64,000 bases of DNA from the human T2T-CHM13v2.0 reference genome, Homo sapiens. Below the pieces are notes generated by a model. It was not told where the DNA came from. It saw only the letters and a list, made by a program, of their open reading frames with translations, and made no database searches. The stretch lies in the NCBI RefSeq assembly GCF_009914755.1, contig NC_060938.1; one strand, written 5' to 3'. This document shows positions 55,421-64,000 of this stretch, in pieces. The position numbers were made by a program, and so were the translations under genes. Numbering within the stretch: the first letter of the stretch is position 1; every line of letters begins with the position of its first letter.

Positions 55421-58195
55421 AAGGAAAAAAATACCATTAGTTATTAAACTACATACTTAAAGCCAGGGAGGAAGGACTGAGGGTTTGTAACCAAAGAAGT
55501 AAAAACGAGGTGCTTTTTTGTGAACAGAGGCAGCTTTCCTCCATCATTTTCTGCCTGAGGCACTGGTTTCTAGTCATTAATTTATTAAACATTAGTTAGA
55601 AACTACTTGGAGTGAGCCCCTAGGGGAGATAAAAAAATGAAGGATAAGACACCCCCTCCACCCTCAAAGAGTAAGAGTCTAGGAGCAGAGAAAGTATGCA
55701 GATTCCATAGTTGCACTCTGGAGCCAGACCACCTGGGTTCCGATTCCAGCTATGACACATACTAGGTGTTTATCCGTACCAGTTATTTAAGCTTTCTGTG
55801 AATACTAAGTGGATTTATCTTGTAGGCTGTCATAATCATTAAATGAACTAATGTAAGAAAAGTTCTTAAAATTAGTACTTTGTTTATATTTTAAAAAAAA
55901 AAGCAATATACAAAAAACACAGTGAAAGTTTTTCTAGAAAGAGATTTTGATATAATCCCAGTGGGGAGAATTCATTCCAGGATTCAGGGCACAATGTGAG
56001 CAAAGATTCAGAGAGTAAAGCATAAAGAGCGCTTTGGAAATAGCAACTAATCCATTGCAGTTAAGACTTTTGGGTCTGTTAAAAGGAGTGCTGAGAACTG
56101 AAACCAGAAAGGCAAGATGGGCCCGGATTACCCAAAGGGCCAAGAATACCAAGCCAAAGAGTTGTGGCTCTGTCCTGCACGCGCTAGAGGACCACCAAGA
56201 GCGTTTGAGCCAGGGAGAAGCATGAATGTTGGAGAAACACTAATTATTCCCTGTGTTTTAAATAATCACTGTGTTCATAGCAAGTGCCAGACATTGTGGG
56301 CAAAATGGTCCCTGCCCTCATGGAAGCTTCAGGTTAGAGGAGGAAGGAGATGTTAAATAACCGAACGAATAAGAGTTACGAAGGAAAAGTGCAGAGTGTT
56401 CTGAGAGCTCGTAAGACACCTTAACGTAGATGGAGGGGTGAGGAAGTCAGGCTGAAGAGGTGACACCGGGCTGAGATGTAAAGATATGCAGGAGTGGGCC
56501 GAGTGGGCTGGAGAGAAGAGATTGCTGGGCAGAAGAACAGGACGAGCATAGGCTCTGTGGCAAGAGGGGAAATGACACTCCAAACCTTCTGGGAAAAGGC
56601 CAGTGGAGGTAGAACCAGGGGCCTGGGAGATTGTGGTTTGAGATAAGAAAGTGTTAGGCAGGGTTAAATTACCCACCACCTTGGCCACACTGATTGAGCC
56701 AGGTATCAACACCTGGCCAAAAGACAGGCTCCTTTAGACTCCTCCGCCAGGTCATCATAAGGTGACCTCGAGTGACACCAGATAGTTATTGCCAGAACCA
56801 ATCAATGCCTCTCTCTTGGGGAGTTTGAACGTGAAATAGACAGGGAGAAAAAGACTCAGGAATAGAGAAAAACAGACTGACAGATAAATAGAATACAGTG
56901 GCAATGCAGAAACAGACATAACATGAACCCTGTAGGCGATATTAAGGATCTTGGTCTTTATGTCAAGCACAAATACCGGTAAGAAATGATGGGGACTGAA
57001 AGAGGATTACAGAAGCAGAAATGAAGAAGAGGGGGTGGTAGTTTCAAAAATATGTCCATAAGGACACTTCTCACTTAATTCCTTCTTTTTGAGTGTAGGC
57101 TAGACTTAGCTGTTTCCTTTTAACAAACAGAATATGGTAAAAGTAATAGTGTGTGACTTCCAAGATTAGGTTCTAAAGAGGACTGCAGCTACCACCCTGA
57201 GCACATACGTTCTCCCCCAACCCACTCCTCCTCCTCTCCCACTACCCCTCCCCAAGTGGGGAAAGTAAACTGTCATGTGGTGAGAAGCCCTGTAGAGAAG
57301 TCCATGGTGAGGAACTGAAGCCTCCAGCCAATAGCCAGGAAGGAACTGAGATCTGCTTACAACAATGAGTGATTTTTTTTCTTTAATTTCCATGTTAATT
57401 TTAGATTCAGAGAGTACATGTGCAGGTTTGTTACAAGGATATTTTGCTTGGTGCTGAGGTTCGGGCTTCTACTAGTCGTGTCACCCAAATAGTAAACATA
57501 GTACCTAATAGAAAGTTTTCCAGCCCTTACCCCCCAAACTTTGAAGTCCCCAGCGTCTATTGTTGCCATCTTATGTCTGCGTGTAGCCAAGATTTAGCTC
57601 CCACTTATGAGTGAGGACATGAGATAATTGGTTTTCTGTTTCTATGTTAATTCGCTTAGGATAATGGCCTCCAGCCACATCCGTGTTGCTGCAAAGGACA
57701 TAATTTCATTCTTTTTATGGCTGTGTAGTTTTCCATGATGTATATATACCATATTTTCTTCATCTCATCAGCCATTGATGGGCACCTAGGTTGATTCCAT
57801 GTCTTTGCTATTGTGAACAGTGCCAAGATGAACATACGAGTGCATACGTCTTTTTGGTAGAACGATTTATTTTCTTTGGGGTGTATACCCAGTAATGGGA
57901 TTGCACGGTTGAATGGTAGTTTAGTTTTAAGTTCTGTGAGAAAACTCCAAACTGCTTTCCACAGTGGCTGAAGTAATTTATGTTCCCACTCTGCAGCCTC
58001 ACCAGAATCTGCTGGGTTTTGTTTTTTTTTTACTTTTTTATAATAGCCATTCTGGCTAACGTGAGATGGTGTCTCATCGTGGTTTTGATTTGCATTTATC
58101 TGGTAATTAGTGATGGTGAGCATTTTTTCATATTTTTTGGCCACTTGTATGTCTTCTTTAGAGAAGTGTCTGCTCATGACCTTTGCTCACTTTTT

Positions 58196-58287
58196 TTTTT
58201 TTTTTTTAATTAAACAGGGTCTTGCTCTGTTATCCAGACTGGAATGCAGTGGTATGATCATGGCTCACTGCAACCTCAAACTCCCGA
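58196..58287 (-). mobile_element. 5'-truncated AluJ in L1
   Basis: TSD tttgc(t/c)cacttttt at 58182-58195 and 58288-58301. Confidence 0.85.
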
Positions 58288-58984
58288 TTTGCCCACTTTT
58301 TAATGGAGTTATTTATTCCTTGTTGATTTGTTTAAGTTCTTCACAGATTCTGGATATTAATTCTTTGTCAGATGCATAGTATATGAATATTTTCTTCCAT
58401 TCTATAGATTCTCTATTTACTCTGTTGATGGGTTATTTTGCTATGCAGAAGCTTTAGTTTAATTAGGTCCCACTTGTCAATTTTTGGTTCTGTTGCAATT
58501 GCTTTTGAGAACTTGGTCATAAATTCCTTGCCAAGGCCATTGTCCAGAAGAGTATTTCTTAGGTTTTCTTCTAGGATTTTAATAGTTTGAGGTCTTACAA
58601 AGTCTTTAATTCATTTGAGTTAATTTTTGTATATGGTGAAACATAAGGGTCCAGTATCATTCTTCTGCATGTGGCTAGCCAGTTTTCCCAGCACTATTTC
58701 TTGACTAGGAGTCCTTTCCTCATTGCTTTTTCTTGTGGACTTTGTTGAAGATCCATTGGTTGCAGGTATGCTGCATTATTTCTGCCTTCTTTATTCTGAT
58801 CCATTGGTCTATGTCTCTATTTTTCTACCAGCACCATGCTGTTTTGGTTACTGTGGCCTCGTAGTGTAGTTTAAAGTTGAATAATGTGATGCTGCTGGCT
58901 TTGTTCTTTTCATTTAGGATTGCTTTGGCTATCTGGGCTCTTTTTGTTGTTGTTCCCTATGAATTTTAAAATAGTTTTTAAAAT

Positions 58985-59116
58985 TTTTAAAATAATATTA
59001 GAGATAGGGTCTTGCCATGTTGCCCAGGCTGGTCTTAAACTCCTGGGCTCAAGCAATCCACTCACCTCAGCCTCCCAAAGTGCTGAGATTACAGGCATGA
59101 GCCACCCGGCCTGGCC
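58985..59116 (-). mobile_element. FLAM/AluJ left monomer in L1
   Basis: Single left-arm consensus. Confidence 0.85.
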
Positions 59117-61345
59117 AGTTTTTCTAATTCTATAAAAAATGGCATTGATCATGAGTGATCTTAAAAGTGGTTCTCCATCCGTAGTCAACCTTTAAGATGA
59201 CTGCAGCCCCAGATAACAACTTGCCTACAACTTCATGAGAGATCAGCTAAGCTAAGCCACTCTCAGATTCCCAGCCTTCACAACCTGTATGAAATAATGG
59301 ACATATTTTAAGCTGCCAAGTTTTGGCACAATTTGCTATGCACATTGCGTAATGAACACAGAGAGAGATGAATGAAATTCATATTATATAGGTGGAATTG
59401 CCAGGACTTTGTGATCGTAGCTATTGGGTATAGAGTTGCAAAAGAAGTAAAAAGAATCCCGAGCTTTGGACTGGCTCACTGAGGTTCTATTTTTAGAGAA
59501 GGGGTTGGAACACGGGAGGAAGAATTTTGCGGAGAAAGAAAATAATTTCCATTTTGAACTCATTAAATTCGAGAGGCTGATGAGATTTTCAGGTGAATAT
59601 GTCCCCTGGAGATTTGAAAATATGGCAGGGTGTTAGAGTGGAGAGGGCTGTATGGATAGATATCACTGGGGTAGAGGAGAACCATGGCAGTGGAGGGTAT
59701 TTCCAAGGAGAACAAGGAGATAATAAAGGCAGATGAAGGACAAACAGCAAGAATTAGATATATTTTTGGTCCCAAAAGTGGAAAAAGAGAAGTAATGCTA
59801 AAAAAAAAAAAAAAAAGAAAAACGGTAAAAACTCTAACGAGAGTTTTGATAAGAAGATGTTCAACAGTATCAAAAACTATAGAAAGAGATCCCTATGTCT
59901 GGAAAGTTTGGCCTCACATTATACATCTGCATATTAGATTATCTATAAATCTCCTAGTTGGGGTAAGTCAACACTGGCTGCACAGATTAAATCAAATTTC
60001 AAGAGCTACAATGCAAAAAACAAGAACTGAATTGTGGTCACCCCAGCAAAGCACTGGCCACCATGTGAAGCTCCCCACAGGTGGTCTATGTGTCTTTTTA
60101 CAATACTCCTCTCAAATTACAACAGAAGGGACGCTCATGGTTCTCTCTAGACAACCTGCTCGTTTTAGAACGGGGGTTTTTCAAGTTGCAAAATATGGAG
60201 ACCTTCTCGTTTACTCCAGGATAAAGATACTTAGGAGGCTTGAGGAAGCAAAGAAAATGGTTTCTGGGGCTACATGTGAGGCCTCATGGAGAACTGGAAC
60301 GTGGTTCAGGATGAAGCAGCAGTTTCTCCAGCAGCCTGCCATTTCTGAAGCATCTCCTCCACTGAGTCCTTTCTCTACTTGCTTCTTCTTCTTAATCTTC
60401 TGCTAGCAGATGCCTTTCTATGCCTCCATTCATATCCTCTTCTACTGAAGTCATTACTTGCTTCATAGTGTCTGCTCACTGCCTTCTTTCCACGTCTCTC
60501 AGTTTCTGTGTCAACACTGGACTGCTGTCTATCAGTTGTCTGCTTTTCTCTAACTCTCTGTTCATCTCTGTCCCTAGTTCAAATCCCCCAAGAGTGGCTT
60601 TGACTGGTTCAGAAAGTCCCTATCCAGTGCCACCTTAGGCCACCTCCTAGGGGCTAAAAGCCTAAAGCAGTGTGTCTTTTGGTCAGTTGTTAATTCCTGG
60701 TTCAACCATTCGTCGCCAAAATGGTGGGGGAAGTGGATATCGAAGGCTAGAGAATTCCCTGTGGTCCCTTTTCCCCAAAAGGAGGCAGTGGGCCTGGAAG
60801 CTACTTTGTCTTAATGATGTTTCAAGTAGTATCCCCCAGTGAGCTAATGGTTTAAAACTTCCTTTTCTGAGTACAGATTCCTTCTAGAAGGGTTTTTATC
60901 TTTAATATTAGCTCAATTTAGAGCAACAACTACTTGTGGTACTAACCCTGAAAGCAGCACATGCTGGTTGCTTACTGACGAAAAATCAAAGGTAAAGACA
61001 GAAAATACCGGCTTAACAAGGCTTTGATAAACTGAAAAAGCCTAAAATTATTTCCGTGAACTCTGCTAACAGTAGCCAGTTAGTTCCTGCTCTTCATTCG
61101 TATTCATTCATTCATCACCACCTAGTTAGTAGGTATTCTTCTAGTGTGAAGAAGAAGCTGCTTAAGACAGAAATCCTACCCTCAAGGAGCTGACTCCCCA
61201 AGACAGGAGAAAGCAGGTACATCTTTCTTCTCATCTCTCTCTTCCCCAGTTCAACTCTCTCTTTCCTCCCTTCCCCTTTACTTCATGAATTTTTTTTGTA
61301 AATATGCCCATTCATAGTCAGTTCCTTCCTTGCCTGTGTTTCCTT

Positions 61346-61654
61346 TATTTATTTTTTTTATGTTTTAGAAACAGAGTCTCACTCTGTCACCCAGGCTGGA
61401 GATTCATCATAGCTTAATGCAGCCTTGAACTCCTGGGCTCAAGTGATTCTCCTTCCTCAGCCCCTGGAGTCGTTAGGACTATAGGCACATGCCACCATGC
61501 CCAGCTAATTAAAAAAACTTTTTTTTGTAAAGATATGGGTCTCACTATGTTGCCCAGGCTGTTCGAGTTGTCTCAAACTCCTGACCTCAAGCAATCAGTC
61601 CTGCCTTGGCCTCCCAAAGGGCTGAGACGAGAGGCATAAGCAACCCCACCCAGC
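61346..61654 (-). mobile_element. AluJ
   Basis: TSD tgcctgtgtttcctt (61331-61345) / tgcctgtccttcctt (61655-61669). Confidence 0.9.
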
Positions 61655-61790
61655 TGCCTGTCCTTCCTTACTGTGTTGTCAAGGATTCATAGGAGCCCTC
61701 ACAGACTCTGCCTTACCAAACATGTAAAAAGTAAACGTGGCTGGAAGAACACACACCAAAAGATCAATAGCGATTACTCCGGGGAGGTAA

Positions 61791-62151
<361 letters not shown>

Positions 62152-63554
62152 AGTGTTTGAATTTTTATAAGCTTTTGTTTAGAGATTACTTATTATACTA
62201 GAAAAGTAAGTTAGAAGTAAACATTTTCTATTAAAAAAATGAAAAGAAATGAGAAGGAATGAACAACTGTGAACAAATGAAGTGGGTAAAATTTTCCATG
62301 GCCCTACCTCAAGGTTACTTTGGTTTCTTTTTTGTTTTTTGACAATCACTAAGGAAGCTCTGTGGAGTGAAGGAGGAACATCATCATCTGCAAGTGACTC
62401 AGAAAAAATCTCTTTTGTCCTTTAGATTTGTTTAATTCATGTAGATTGCTTTCTTATTCTTGAAATTCAAGTGACCGTATTCTTACTTTACTATAGAAAA
62501 GCAATTGACGTGATAAAAATAAGCAAGCCATTTGGGACGTTGAGATTTTCGAGGTAGGTAATGGAAAATTTGGCGGTGAGGGGTCAACAAGGGATGATTT
62601 TTCCTAGACGTGTGAGCTTCCTGTAATGTGGAATGTGTACGTGTGAAATCACCAGTCTCTATATTTGCAATAACTTAATAACATGACGGTTCCTCCACCC
62701 GTCCTCTTTCCCCACACTGAGTTCCAGTTTCACACTGGGATACTCATTGTGAAGCTTTACAAAGAAAGGAGGAAGTAAACCTACCAACAAGGCAGCAATG
62801 TGTTTCAAATGCCACATTCTTAACAGATGAAGGTTTTTTTCATCACACTGATTAGCAATGCCACATGAGTCAAAGTGGATGGTCCAAATCTTGTATTTAA
62901 TTTTCTTCTCGTGTCCTGGGCCTTTCAAATTTATTAATTATTGTTTACAAGGCCTTGCCTTGCTGGCGTACATTTAGCAGACACTACAATCTTAGCAAGG
63001 GTCAGCTTTATCTTGCTGCAGGGTTGCACCTGCTCCCTCAACTGAACTAAAAAGGAAGTAAAAATGTGGTATTTAAGTGGCCACAGCCTTTTGTCTGATG
63101 CAGGAAAGCAACGAGAGCTTCTGTTTCTTCACCGTTGTTCATGCTAAAGGGTCTCCAAGTGTATAACACTTAGAGGAATTAGTTTCCTGCTCCCTAAAAG
63201 CAAAGAGGTCCGCAGAGAAGAGACAGCAGCTGGCCAGTGAGTCCCAGTAATTCCCAGCAGCACACCAGGGTCTAACAGAGGAGACTACTGTGTTTGAGGA
63301 AACTGACGGGATCTAGAGAGAAACCAATGCTTAATGTTTGTCTATCATTCCTCCTAAAAATTAGGTAAGAGCAAAAATAGGCAAATTGCTGCTTGAGGAA
63401 TAACTAATTTAGTAATAGTTCAGAATAATGCATTGCATTGCCCTTAGATTCAAAGTGGTGTTTTAAGTGACATTCTATTAGCAGAGCCTGCCAGCTGACA
63501 AAACTTAGGTAGTATTTGGCTCCCTAAGAGAAGGCAAACCATGAGCATGTGGAT

Positions 63555-63867
<313 letters not shown>

Positions 63868-64000
63868 GCATGTGGATATTTTAATTAAAGTTGAATACAG
63901 AACTCATTGTGCTTGATATTGAACTACCTGGGACTACCGTGGCCCACTACTTGAATCTTAGTCCTGACATTGTTAAATGCAAGCAGCTCGGGAGAATGTG

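Larger units (their letters stand above)
57374..59150 (-). mobile_element. 5'-truncated L1PA16/PB-like
   Basis: ORF2 C-terminal remnant (ORF 57656-58177: RHFSKEDIQ...AIPLLGIHPKE...FTIAKTWNQP); TSD atgagtgat at 57365-57373 and 59151-59159. Confidence 0.92.
57035..59360 (+). mobile_element. MLT1F-like LTR split by an L1
   Basis: 5' part 57035-57373, 3' part 59151-59360 (gatgactgcagcccc...tttaagctgccaagttttgg). Confidence 0.75.

Noticed and set aside
57656-58177. 173-aa ORF with L1 ORF2 similarity
   Set aside because: Frameshifted C-terminal remnant of a truncated L1.
59684-60406. Longest ORF (240 aa)
   Set aside because: Starts in an L2-like fossil, crosses an A-run giving poly-K, and has no recognisable domain; treated as chance.

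Overview
This is primate (almost certainly human) genomic DNA, repeat-dense and with no conventional multi-exon protein-coding CDS. The first ~460 bp are a CpG island. Its minus strand (1-~297) matches my recollection of the EGLN3 (PHD3, HIF prolyl hydroxylase 3) exon-1 5'UTR, so the other ~63.5 kb would be upstream regulatory/intergenic sequence. The rest is a mosaic of ~30 Alus, 5'-truncated L1s, L2/MIR fossils, solo LTRs (LTR2/HERV-E, MER4, MER57, MER21, THE1, MLT1, LTR33-like), DNA-transposon fossils (MER2, Tigger3a, MADE1, MER3, MER5, MER58, MER63, Charlie-like, Kanga/Tc2-like) and one compact SVA. Many insertions have readable target-site duplications (TSDs) and are nested. The six-frame ORFs are nearly all Alu, SVA, L1 or low-complexity artefacts. 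Best leads: (i) a plus-strand two-exon unit (donor 8383, acceptor 13183, AATAAA 13341) giving a 56-aa smORF whose last exon is built from L2 and MER58A; (ii) a solo HERV-E LTR2 with two RCGTG cores pointing at EGLN3, plus a distal triple-RCGTG cluster near 62.5 kb; (iii) several templated or fold-back repair scars, including a 61-bp piece copied out of an L1 and a 42-bp-arm palindrome; (iv) an SVA with a probable short 3' transduction. Repeat subfamily names come from recalled consensus sequences, and boundaries of old elements are approximate. I see no clear-cut novel multi-gene system.
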